Part shown: one piece after another, positions 50,791-63,142 of the stretch
Position numbering within the stretch: position 1 is the first letter of the stretch
Layout of the letters: each line of letters opens with the position of its first letter
Assembly (NCBI RefSeq): GCF_006345805.1
Contig: NC_043000.1
Location: 132,246,001 to 132,310,000 of the forward strand
Reading direction: 5' to 3'
Origin: Octopus sinensis
Taxonomy: Eukaryota
DNA length: 64,000 nt
Position numbers and translations under genes: made by a program
Notes under the pieces: model-generated
Told to the model about the DNA's origin: nothing
What the model saw: only the letters and a program-made list of their open reading frames with translations
The model's database searches: none

Positions 50791-52484
50791 AACACACGCA
50801 CTGGTTCGGTATTATTGTTATTGTTCGTGTTGTTATTTCTTTTTCCTTTTTTTTTTGTCAAATAATTATTTCATCGCATTGTCCAATCTCTTCATTGAGA
50901 CATCTTTCTACTTCTATTTCTTTTAAACTTATGTTAACACGGATCTTTCTTGTTTTACTGCACCTGTGGAAATTTTAAAGTTTACCGAAAATTTTAAAAA
51001 AATTGATGCATTGATGTAATTTTCCACGCTGAATCTCAGGGGCTAATTTACTTACTCCAGAAAATTTTGAAAACAAGATACAGAGGTTTTGAGCTTGATC
51101 ATTTTTACCTAGTCAGAAAACAAGATTTGGGAGCTGTCATTTTGTCTGTTTCTGCACGTGTTGACTACTGTTAACAAATGAAATATTGGTGGAGTTCTGT
51201 TTTACGCACGCCATATATCACATCGTAACTTATTTCTTTTTTGGAATTTTCAGAAAATTTTTGCGAATTTATATTCTACACACGGGGAATTGGTACGTGA
51301 TTTATGGCCTATTTAGCTATTATTTTTAGCACATCTCCCGACCACCTCATACGTCATGTGTTTTAAGCATTTAATAAGCGAAAAATAACGTAGGTAAGCA
51401 ACTTGGTACCAGCTTGGCTTGTTACTATGGAGACAGGCACCTATATGTCTGGATTTCGATTGGTTAAAATTACCCCAAATTTCAAACTTTAAAAACCATT
51501 AACTCTTTATTTATCAATATATGGCGAAAATGAATTTCATGTCAATGATTACCATGCAAAACTACACCAATACACCAAACATGAATTCAATTGCAACAAC
51601 AATTGAAGAAACTGAAAGTGGTAACCCAACAAAAAGATCCATAAACATTTTATATACCAATCTTTCAATATGCCTACAGACATTTATACAATGTTCACAA
51701 ATTTAAACAAAGATTCTTGTCGAATTGCGTCCCTGTAATATTTACAGCCTCAACGTTTTATTGAGTCGGAATACTATTCCGCAATCTCGAGGTTTTGAGC
51801 TTAAATTTGTTCGAGATCAATAAATTAAGTTCCAGAGATATCGTAGTAGAATCCGGAATATCAAGGAAGATATTCACATTTATGGTGATTCCCTGTTTGT
51901 CAGAATTTTAATATGTGATTCTGTGTTTTACACGAACCTTCAAATGTGGCTGATAATCAGAAGCGGAAGAAAATCCATTGGAAAGACTCAAAAGATTTTG
52001 GACAGTAGTTTGCTATTGAGCACTGGAGGAACTTCTTGTTGCTTTGTCCGGACCCATAGAATACTTCAAATCACGCTGTAGCTAATGCAATCACTTAATT
52101 TTTAAACCATCTTAATACTTAGAGTAGTGAACAAAGTACAACTGCTGCAAAAAAGGAGGCTTGAACCATCGATAGTTAATTGTTTTGATTATCATAGACA
52201 AAGCGTCGAAACAGGGATAGGAACTGTAAATAAATTTGAAGAAGTTAATTAGTTACTAGCACTAACGTGGCAAAGATAAGGAAAAAATATTAGTTCAATG
52301 AAGATATTAATGTAATCTGAAATTGGCAAGTACAGACAATTTTGGATATGTTTCAGTATTATTATCGCTCTTCAGCGAAATACAGCCTTCTTCGTACTTG
52401 TCGGATTAGCGATTAGGGAATCACTATACTGAGATGTACTTGCATAGCGAGTGACTTGATCTGAGATCGTGTGCTGGAACGAAA

Positions 52485-52705
52485 ACAATTGCAGCGTGGA
52501 AGGTGTTTATAAGCCATTTAAGAAACACACAAAACCGTTAGATTCACTTCAACATTTAAATGCATCACGAAGCTTTGTCAGTGAACAGGTTGCGGTCTCA
52601 AAGCGACGAAAATATTTTGACAAATTAAATTTAAATGTTGAAGTGAATCTAACGGTTTTGTGTGTTTCTTAAATGGCTTATAAACACCTTCCACGCTGCA
52701 ATTGT
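52485..52705. repeat. Perfect 77-bp inverted repeat with 67-nt spacer
   Basis: 52485-52561 is the exact reverse complement of 52629-52705. Confidence 0.95.
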
Positions 52706-53262
52706 AATCACTATACTGATGTACAATAATGTAAATGAGTAGACGTAAAAAATGTCAAATTAAGTGAAGGAAAACTAGACAGGAAAAACATCTGCACGAA
52801 AAACAACAGTCAAGTTAATACCGTTATATTTCATATGATGGGGTAAAACTCAACTGAATTAGTAATAGATATAGGTTACAAGAAAAAAAAGAAGAAAAAC
52901 ATCAGCAACATAAGCTCAACGATTAATATTAGTTCGATTTGATATCAGGAAGTAGGGGTGACAATATTAGAGATGTTTTAGATATCCCCAGTAAAGCATT
53001 ATTTTATTTGCATTTACCAGATTAGTGATACTTGAGCCAATGATTTCTATCAACCATTTAATTAAATAGATTTGTTTCCTTATTACATTAAATATAACGA
53101 CCTTAACTAGAAAATTATTATTTTTTTTGTGTGGATCGTTACCCTTGATAATTTCCTTCACTCATTATGATGATCTTTGATGCTTAAGAGTGTACATTAT
53201 TGTACATTAATATAGTCTTTCTTTTTTCACTGACTTGACAAGGACGGAAAATTTTTATTTCG

Positions 53263-53300
53263 CTGAGGAGGTTTGATAAAACTGAAACACGTAGGTTGTC
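53263..53300 (+). ncRNA. Partial hammerhead motif
   Basis: CTGAGGA-GGTTT gata AAACT-GAAA, ACA/TGT, GUC. No contiguous stem I. Confidence 0.4.
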
Positions 53301-53439
53301 ATCCGTACATGCCAAGCTGAAACTGAATATTAGTCATTGAGCTAATATTTTCTTCTCTTCACCACATAAGTGTTATTAATTAGATTTTCCCGCACTTCAT
53401 TAACTATAATGGCGTTAAACCAATCTGGATACACTTACT

Positions 53440-53457
53440 GTATCAACAACAACTACA

Positions 53458-53492
<35 letters not shown>

Positions 53493-53499
53493 AACAACA

Positions 53500-53545
<46 letters not shown>

Positions 53546-53546
53546 T
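53440..53546. repeat. (CAA)/(CTA)n microsatellite
   Basis: Direct reading. Confidence 0.97.
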
Positions 53547-54271
53547 AAATACAAAACATCAAAACTACAAGTAAACAAACATAGAAATGGGTTTGTGGTT
53601 TTAATGGATAGTATTGTCCATAAATTACTCAAGTGTAACGGAATGCATCTCGTTCTTCTTGTGTGTGTCATGTTAGATGTTATTTTATACGTCCACGGGC
53701 GACTATGTCTTAGATCGTCAGCCATTGTTGAGTTTATTGTGAATATGATTTATAAATCTAGTTTATTACAGGATATAATTTATAGTTGCAAATAATTGAT
53801 TTAACAGTTGACCTGCACCTAGTTTAATGAAAATAGCTATTCAACTGTGTTGTAAAAACTTCAATATTTCCATCAAACATATGACCGAATTTATAGTCCT
53901 TTGATCTTAAGATCGTTTAATAAAAAAACGGAGAGAATAAAATTAAACAAACAAAAACCAACAACAGAAAGTAAGAGGCTAGTTTTTGTTGTTTTGTATC
54001 ATTTCTCAATTTTCATTCATTTTTTCCCTCCGTTAGTATCAAGGTTACTCAGTACAAGAATATTTTTATAATCAAATTTGAATACCTCATTTTCTCTATG
54101 TTGACTACTTGCTTTAGTTGAACGAGAGGTAAGTTACTGGGGAGTTGAGAACGCGCCATAGTTTCGATTTCTAGCTGAACCAATTTTGGTTAACTTAGAA
54201 TGTCAATATTTCGTTTTTGGATTTGGTTTGCAAGATTCTTTATATGAGTTCGTGTGTTGAAGCATATTCTG

Positions 54272-54454
54272 TTGTGTCTGGGGAGAGTCATTTTCTTTTT
54301 GTGCCTTATAATGTAACACACTCACCGGTAAAATTTCCACTTATTTCTTTTATTTTCAAGACTATTGAAAAGGTTGCAAGACGCAACGGAAATTTTACCG
54401 GTGAGTGTGTTGCATTATAAGGCACAAAAAGAAAATGACTCTCCCCAGACACAA
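54272..54454. mobile_element. Foldback MITE, 67-bp arms (1 mismatch), 49-nt spacer
   Basis: 54272-54338 is mirrored by 54388-54454. Confidence 0.88.
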
Positions 54455-54659
54455 TTAGAATGTTAATGTATTTTGAAAGCAAGAAGTTTTCAGTAATATT
54501 CTCTTCTTCTGTAAATCTAAATGTTAAAAATGATTTAGTCGGCGGAGAACAAACAGAGCGTATGATCTTTACATGCCACATAGTAAAGTGCATTAAATGT
54601 TCTTGACGATTGCAATAATGAAATAACAACGCAATAGGGAGGACACAGTTTGATTAGTT

Positions 54660-55050
54660 TTTATCCTTTACTGGTTTTAGTCATTGGATTGCGACCATGC
54701 TGAAGCACCGTCTTCAAGAGTTTCAGTCGAGCAGATCGTTCCCAGTACTCATTTTAAAAGCTAATACTTATTCTATTGGTCGTTTTTGTCACACCGCTAG
54801 TTTTAGGGACGTAAAGAAGCCAACAGCGGTTGTGAAGCTGGGAAGGGGTGTACAAACACGGACACAAACACACACGCACATGTTTAGACGACGGTCTTCC
54901 ACACAGTTTCGGTCTACCAAATTCATCCACAAGGAATTAGTTAGCCAGGCTGTATATAGTAGGACACACTCGCACAAGGTGTTGCATTGTGGGACTGAAT
55001 TCGAAACAACGTGGCTGCAATGCGAGCTGCTTAACTACGTAGCCATGTGT
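54660..55050 (-). mobile_element. SINE family B, diverged
   Basis: Reverse-strand match to family B. Confidence 0.7.
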
Positions 55051-55127
55051 GATAAAATGTGTTAATACTGACATCCTAAAATATATCTTTCTTTCGTTTA
55101 CAGTAAAAATTTCGGCGCTAATACTGT

Positions 55128-56125
55128 TGGCGAGCTGGCAGAAACGTTAGCACGCCGGGCGAAATGCTTAGCGGTTTTTCGTCTGCCGTTACGTTCTGAG
55201 TTAAAATTCCGCCGAGGTCGACTTTACCTTTCTTCCTTTCGGGGGTCGATTAAATAAGTACCAGTTACGCACTGGGGTCGATATAATCGACTTAATCCGT
55301 GTGTCTGTCCTTGATTGTCTCCTCTGTGTGTAGCCCCTTGTGGGCAGTTAAGAAATAGGTATTTCGTCTGCCGTTACGTTCTAAGTTCAAATTCCGCCGA
55401 GGTCGACTTTGCCTTTCATCCTTTCGGGGTCGATAAATTAAGTATCAGTTACACACTGAGGTGGATATAATCGACTTAATCCGTTTGTCTATCCTAGTTT
55501 GTCCTCTCTATGTTTAACCCCTTGTGGGCAATAAAGAAATAAGAATTGTTAGCACGCCGGACAAAAATTCTTTGCGGCATTTCGTCCGGCTTTACGCTGA
55601 ATTCAAATTCTGTTGAGGTCGACTTTGCCCTTTCATCCTACGGTGTCGATAAAATAAACGCCAGTTGAACACTAAGATCGCTGTAATTGACTAACCCCCT
55701 ACTACTGTGGTAGAAGGAATTATTAGGTATGTCTCGTTATTCATTATATTGGTTTCCAATTTTTGCACAAGGCCAGCAATTTCGGGAGACGGGTAAGTCG
55801 ATTACGTCGACCCAAATGCTCAACTGTACTTATTTTATCGACCTCGAAAGGATCAAAGGCAAATTTGACCTCGGTGAAATTCACAACGTAAGGACGGATG
55901 AAATGCCGCTAAGCATTTTGTCCGATGCGCTAACGTTTCTTATTTCTTAACCCACAAGGGGCTAAACACAGAGGGGACAAACAAGGACAGACAAAGGGAT
56001 TAAGTCGATTACATCGACCCCAGTGCGTAACTGGTACTTGATTTATCGACCCCGAAATGATGAAAGGCAAAGTCGACCTCGGCGGAATTTGAACTCAGAA
56101 CGTTTCTGCCAGCTCAAACCCTTAG
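55128..56125. mobile_element. Two facing family A SINE nests (55128-55730 +, 55750-56125 -)
   Basis: Young tails are joined to ggtatttcgtc, agaattgttagc and agaaacgttagc, all head sequences of older copies. Confidence 0.82.
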
Positions 56126-57494
56126 CTATTCATTATATTGTTCATTATTAAGTTCCAGCCGTGACCATTCCAGTGCAGTAAAAACATCTTATTCCTAGAT
56201 ATGCATTACTGAAATTGGGATATATCTAACGTCCCCATTGCATCTTGTATGCCATCAAATGCGGTAATTATTGTCAGTGGCGATTAACAAAATGGTGTTT
56301 AAATTCGTATTAATCCAGAAATTTGTATTAAATCACACCTAGTGAAACATCATGAGCAATAAATTTCTGTTACGATGAGTATTTATCACTAACCCCCAAC
56401 CCCACTCACAAATCAGATCCAGTAGGTTGCCAGCCTGGATATCGCTTCCCTCTCTTACACACCTGTACCTTCTGAGATAAGTTATATCTCCTCGGCATTC
56501 CTATAGTATAGAATTGGAAATTATCTAGTGCGCCGAAAACCGTAATTTCTTCCGATCTGTATGTTTCCAGTGTCGTAGATTAAAAATCTGCAGAAAGGGG
56601 GATGATTTGCTCCCTTTTTACCGTAAATTTTCTTTTGAATTCTGTTCTTTTTTCAGATTTATTTCTTAATCATCTGCGATTACGATTTCAAAAATTATAC
56701 GTATTACAAATCCGAAAACAAAAAAACAATCAAAAAATGTTTGTTATGGCATATGTCGCTATACTTCCATGGAATGGCTTTATCTGTCGTTTCTGTTGCA
56801 GAAAAACAAAACTACTCTGAAGTAGTGTATTTCTGCTGCTATATTTGTTTGTAAGTTCCCATTTCACTGCGATAGTTTTAGTTTTCTTTTTATCTCATTT
56901 CTGTTCAGTTCAATTGTCATATCTTCTGGTTTTCACTTTCATTTCTGTCGCATTTTAAACTATTTTTTTAAAGCTTAAAATAGTGCACGACCCAGCTTAT
57001 ATAAATCAACTACTATTCGGAATTGTGAATGATACTTAATTCCGATTTGACAAGCAAATATGCTAACATGTAGAATTATTCATGCGATCGAGCGTCTTCG
57101 GTTTACTGGTGATATGGCGCATGAACACACTGGGGCGTGAAGTACTCAGTACGTGCTACTCTTGCGCTTTCTATACATTTGTTACGGCATAAACATAGAA
57201 TATAAATTTACTTTCTTCCAATCTTACATTGTTAAGTAGCTTATATTATCTTCCTATTTAACTACTGAGCCGGCAATGCAGAAGATAAATTGTAAGGCAT
57301 TTGTAGAGTTTCATTCAATGATAAATATTGTATTAGCAACGAAACAGAAAGAAACAACTAGAATTATACGCTCCGTACTAACCGGGTAGCTGCATTATCA
57401 CTTGTTCGATTGTTTAGTCCATAACTTAGCACAAACACTAGACTTTGAAGAAGAAGCTTAATTCTACTTGTTTCAGAAGGTGAGATAACCTATA

Positions 57495-57788
57495 ACGATA
57501 AACGTGGCCCTTTTCAAGCCTAGCCAGGCTCATGGGCCCGGTTTCTGTGGCGTATGTGTTCCCCTCAGCTGGACGGGACGCCAGTCCATCGCAGCGTTAC
57601 TCAAGAAACAGGAAGAGAGAGTGAGAGAAAGCTGTGGCGAAAGAGTACAACAGGTCACCACCAGAGCCTCGTGGAGCTTTTAGATGTTTTTGCTCAATAA
57701 ACATACACAGCGGCCGGTCTGGGAATCGAAACCGCGATCCTCCGACCGCGAGTCTGCTGCCCTAACCACTGGGCCAGTGCGCCTCCAC
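57495..57788 (-). mobile_element. Full-length SINE family C (V-domain-like) with 13-bp TSD
   Basis: TSD GAGATAACCTATA at 57482-57494 and 57789-57801; tRNA-like head; ctgcgatggactggcgtcccgtccag resembles the V-SINE domain. Confidence 0.88.
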
Positions 57789-59108
57789 GAGATAACCTAT
57801 AGCAAACTGTAATAATACAAGGAATGGCTTGAACCGCAAACTTTTACTATTACTTTCTTTTACTTTCTACTGGAGGCACAAGGCCTCATTTGTTGGGAGA
57901 GGACTAGTCGATTACATCGACCCTAGTGTTTTACTGGCACTTAATTTATTGACCCCGAAAGGATTAAAGGCAAAGTCGACCACGGCGGAATTTGAACTCA
58001 GAAGTTTGCGACAGGTGAAATACCGCTAGTGTTAAATCTTTCGACAAATTGTTTTTCTCTTAAAAGTTTTAGCTTTACTTCGTGTGTAAGTTGCACTCCA
58101 GTTTTTTCAGTTAAAATCAAATATAAAATAGTGTAACTTATACACAATTGTTTCCTGTGTGGTTCTAAAAGGGCGAAGAATAATATATATTTGAAGCATA
58201 CGAATATGGTGTTTTTATTACTTCAGTGTTCAAATTTCCGGTTTCGCCGTTGTGTTTCATCTCTGAATTCGTTGAAATAAGCCCTATTGATATATCGATG
58301 GTTGCATTTGGTCAGAATCAGTTGAATATCATAATTGTTGACTTTGATTTTTCATTCATCAGTCTAGAGCAAATGTAATAAGCATCTGTTTTTTATTAAG
58401 AGCGAGTCGCTTGCCTATCTTCTGCCTCTTTATAAAATTAATCTTGTTTTTTCTTGACTTCACTAGATAGGATTGAAAACCGAATATTTTCCCCAAGTCT
58501 ATCCAGATTAGTTGTTTTGACATTCATGCCCTTTCTTATAACAAACAGCTGTTATAAAAGCATTATGAAACAACTTCTAATACTCAGCAGTGTTCAAAAT
58601 AATTGTATTCTTACAGTGACAGACGGACAGAAGATAAATTGGTTGAATCATCACCAGTAAACAACTAGTACGTGATTTAACGGTTTTGAGTGAAAGAGAA
58701 GTTAAGTCAACGCCAGCAGGATTTAAACTCAGAATGTGAATGACACAGATTAAATTTTGAAGCTTATTTAGTCTAAAGTTCTAGTTTTTGCTTTCCATTG
58801 AAAGAAATCTAACGTGAAGACAGCGGAGTGGACGAAGACGACGTGAAGACAGCGGAATGGAAAGGGACGACGAAAAATCGTTTCCTAGTAGCCAGAATTT
58901 CGCGACAAAATGTATGTTTATTAAGCACAAAAGCCTGCCGTGCATGTCGCTGGGCATTAAAAACCAATCGCACAAACCTAGAGGTACTCTGGGCCCACTT
59001 GAATCGATAAAAAATCACTTTTTTTGCCATAGCAACCACATGTTTCTAGCTTGCGAATTTTAACCATCGTCAAAGCAAAATGTGCATACAATTTTCGTCC
59101 AAGGACCG

Positions 59109-59145
<37 letters not shown>

Positions 59146-59282
59146 TGTATACACACACATATATATATATATCGAGTGAGAGAGTGAGTGAGTGAGAGAT
59201 TCTTACCTGAGGTAACAGGTTACTGGATAAGCGTAAAGACACGCGCACATACTTACATACATACATATATACATACATACAT

Positions 59283-59625
59283 CAAATGGAAGAACAACGG
59301 ACCTGAAATGATGATTTGGGATAAGAAAGAGAAACTGTGAACAGTTGTGGAAATTAGCTGCCCAGCGGATGCTAACATAAAGAGAACAGTGAAAAAGAGA
59401 ATACCTATGCTGAACTATTGAGAAATCTGCAGTTACTCTATCCAGATTACAAGTTCAGGTTTATACCTGAAATTATTGGGGCCCTGGGATATGTAACACA
59501 CTGCCTAAATACCAAGCTTGAGAAATTAGTTTCTCAAAACCAGAAAGGAGAAAGCTAATTCGAAGACTATAGATCCAGTCCATCGCTGGAACTTTCCAGA
59601 AGTTTATCATTTAAATATATATGAG
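59283..59625 (+). mobile_element. RLE-type LINE 3' fragment in a (CATA)n region
   Basis: PD..IWDKKEKL..VVEISCPAD and YAELLRNLQLLYPDYKFRFIPEIIGALG. Confidence 0.75.
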
Positions 59626-59867
59626 CATGTCTAGATATGCAACTATATGCATGAGAATACAAATATAAAACATACAAATCTGCACATACATATATACATC
59701 CATCCATCCATCCATCCATACATACTTACATATATATATATACTTACAAACAAAAGTACCGTGTTGTTGGTGCTGAAATTCCAATGAAGGAGCCTTGGAT
59801 CTAGGTTAGGAACCGGTTCTCTATTGGCAAGAAATCTCGAAATAAAATGAATAATGGCATACATACA

Positions 59868-59991
59868 TACATACATACATACATACATACATACATACAC
59901 GCATACATACATACACGTATACATGCATACATATATACATGTATGCTTGCATACATACATACATACATACATACATACATGTATGCTTGCA

Positions 59992-60027
<36 letters not shown>

Positions 60028-60130
60028 CTTACGTGCATACACCTATATACATATATATATGTGAGTCTGAGTGAGTATGTGAGTGTGTGTATGTGTGCTT
60101 GAGCGTGTGCTTGCGTGTGTGTGTGTGAGA
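59868..60130. repeat. (CATA)n / (TG)n microsatellite complex
   Basis: Direct reading. Confidence 0.95.
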
Positions 60131-60247
60131 CAATGAGCATTCCGAATAGACCAGCTTAAGAATAACAACGCGATCCTGCATCACAACTGTTATAGCCATT
60201 TCCGACAACTCGGAAAATTAATACGAAGTTGCAAACACACACACACG

Positions 60248-60287
<40 letters not shown>

Positions 60288-60360
60288 AACATACATACAC
60301 ATATCAACGCACACAAATACCCACACCAACATGCACGCAGACATACATACATGCTTTAAA

Positions 60361-60514
60361 AGGAGTGGCTGTGTGGTAAGTAGCTTGCTTTACAAACCAC
60401 ATGGTTCCGAGTTCAGTCCCACTGCGTGGCACTTTGGGCAAGTGTCTTCTTCTCGGACCGACCAAAGCCTTGTGAGTGGGTTTGGTAGACGGAAACTGAA
60501 AGAAGCCCGTCGTG

Positions 60515-60552
<38 letters not shown>

Positions 60553-60778
60553 TGTGTGTGTGTATGTTTCTGTGTTTGTGTTTGTCCCCTACCATCGTTG
60601 ACAACCGATGCAGGTGTGTTTACGTCACCGTAACTTAGCGGTTCGGCAAGGGGGACCGATAGAATAAGTAGTAGGCTTTCAAAAAAATGTCCTGGGGTCA
60701 ATTTGTTCGACTAAAGGCGGTACTCCAGTATGGCCGCAGTGAAATGACTGAAACAATTAAAAGAATTAAAAGAATAAA
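60361..60778 (+). mobile_element. SINE family B
   Basis: Full length, with an internal (CA)n-(TG)n mirror. Confidence 0.88.
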
Positions 60779-62554
60779 TTGGCGCACTCACACACAAATA
60801 CACGTGTCACATATACAAATGCACAAGCACACCTATAGATATACATATATATCATACACACACATATATGCACGCAAACAAACAAAGAAGCTCGTATATT
60901 CAACATAAGTCTTTTCGTATTTTTAATTGCATATATCTGAAAACGTTTTGTAATTTCATACACACGTATGGATATGAGCGCACATACGCACAAGATCCTT
61001 CGTCCTCTCTTACATACATCATCTTTTCTTTCATCTCTCTAAATCAGCCTACTTAGAAAATGGACTGGGTCCTTTCTTTGAGAATACATATTACCACGAA
61101 TGTTTTTCTCGTTATTTCGTAATGTAACTTTTGTAATTTGAAAAACATAATACTACATGTTTAGCGTCGAGATCAGATCTGTTTAACATTCGGGTGTGGT
61201 TTACAGTTTCTTTATATATAAGGTCAGATTTTTTTTTAAATCCCACCTCCTACACATCTCCAGTGAATTGTATTTCAGTTGTCTGTTTAAGGTGAATCAT
61301 AGCGAATATTTTGACACGTCTTTTCAAGTTTATAGTTTGGCAGTAATTTGTTGCTTGCTAGATAAATAATCAGATGGACAGACAGAGACACAGAGAATCT
61401 GTCATACTGTGTTTATAGCCAGGTCCTACTGATAGAAAAAACAGTGGAATAAGATAAATAGATGGTGTTCGCGCCATGTATTCACTTACTATTCACGCGC
61501 ATGCATACAGCTACGTAAGTTCACTCACTGGAAAGTACGTTTATATCCACAGAAACTCATTCATATAAATATGCTTACGCCCACACATTAACCACACAGA
61601 ATTTTTAATGAATCGATGAGGATAAGTAGTGGGAACAGGCGATGACTGCTAGCCTCTATCTTGAAACTGTAGAGACATTCTTCTTTGAGGTGTGACTGTC
61701 TAGTCTCAGGTTAGTTCTGATGGAGCAGACCTTCGATCAAAAGCATTCTATGACCAGTCTTCTTTTTAAAGTAGTAGAGTGTAATTTGCCTTGGCTTACA
61801 TTGGGGGATTCAACTCCTGATGGAGTCGTAGGTATGCAGTCTCCATATACTATGTACCTTGGGCATCTTTAAAGCTAGTGGAACCCACTTCTCACAAGGT
61901 TTGTCCACAATTTATATCGTAGAGAGAGGGAGGGGGAGAGGGGAGAGAGAGGGGAGGGAGAGACATTGAAAGAGAGAGAAGAGTTATCTCCAGCATAAGA
62001 CTACGATTTATTTATCAAACTCGATAACAAAAATAAAATGTCTTTCTCATTCGCAAAATGAACCCCCTTTAATTTTGCTCAGATTGCTTTCAATTTCGGT
62101 GTATCGATGCAACTCTGAATTTTGATTACGATCACCCAATTACTGTATCTCGTAAATTAAATAATCTGATGTTATTTAGAATTAAAGTTGGGAAATTTGG
62201 GTAATTTTTAGCCAATCAACAGGCAGCGTGCCATTAGCAGCTTATTACTACGACAACCGCACGCCGTATTGTGGTTCACTTCACTGTTGTCTGTGACACA
62301 CGTTGGTCTATGTTGATTTTTCATACTTGATTCTTCACACCACGAGATTCTTTTCACCCGCGTGTTTTGTTTTAATTTTTCTGTGTGTTAGTAAATTACA
62401 TATTTTTGAATTCTGCGTGCAAAAACATATAAGATACAGGTATTCTTTTCCTTGGGACAAATTCTTTGTTGACCAATGTTATTCTTATCGTAGTTTACAA
62501 ATACACACACCGTTTCTTTTGTCTCTCAATGAAGAGACGAAAGAAACATGTTAA

Positions 62555-63142
62555 TTTTATTCTTTTACTTGTTTCAATCATTTGGACTGCGGCCATGTTG
62601 GAGCACCGTCTTTAGTCGAACAAATCGACCCCAAGATTTATTCTTTGTAAGCATACTACTTATTTTATCGGTGTCTTTTACCGAACCGCTAAGTTATTTG
62701 AACGTAAACACACCAATATCGCTTGTCAAGCGATGGTGGGGAACAAACACAGACACACAAACACACGCGCGCGCACACACACACACATATACGACGGGCT
62801 ACTTTCAGTTTCCGTCTACCAAATCTATTCACAAGGCTTTGGACTTATACTTTGTAAGCCTAGTACTTATTTTATCGGTCTCTTTTGCCGAACCGCTAAG
62901 TTACGAGGATGTAAACACACCAGCATCGGTTGTCAAGTGATGTTGGGGGGACAGACAGAGATACACAAACATATACACACATATACATATGTATATACAT
63001 ATATACGACGGGCTTCTTTCAGTTTCCGTCCACCAAATCTATTCACAAAGCTTTGGTCGACCCGAGAAGACACTTGCCCAAGGTGCCACGCAGTGGGACT
63101 GAACCCGGAACCATGTAGTTGGAAAGCAAACTACTTGCCACA
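62555..63142 (-). mobile_element. SINE family B with internal ~220-bp tandem duplication
   Basis: The segment tttgtaagc..ccgaaccgctaag..ttccgtc..caaggcttt occurs twice. Confidence 0.8.

Noticed and set aside
59643-60701. Many overlapping MYVC/HTYI/HT-repeat ORFs
   Set aside because: Translations of (CATA)n and (CA)n repeats and a SINE.
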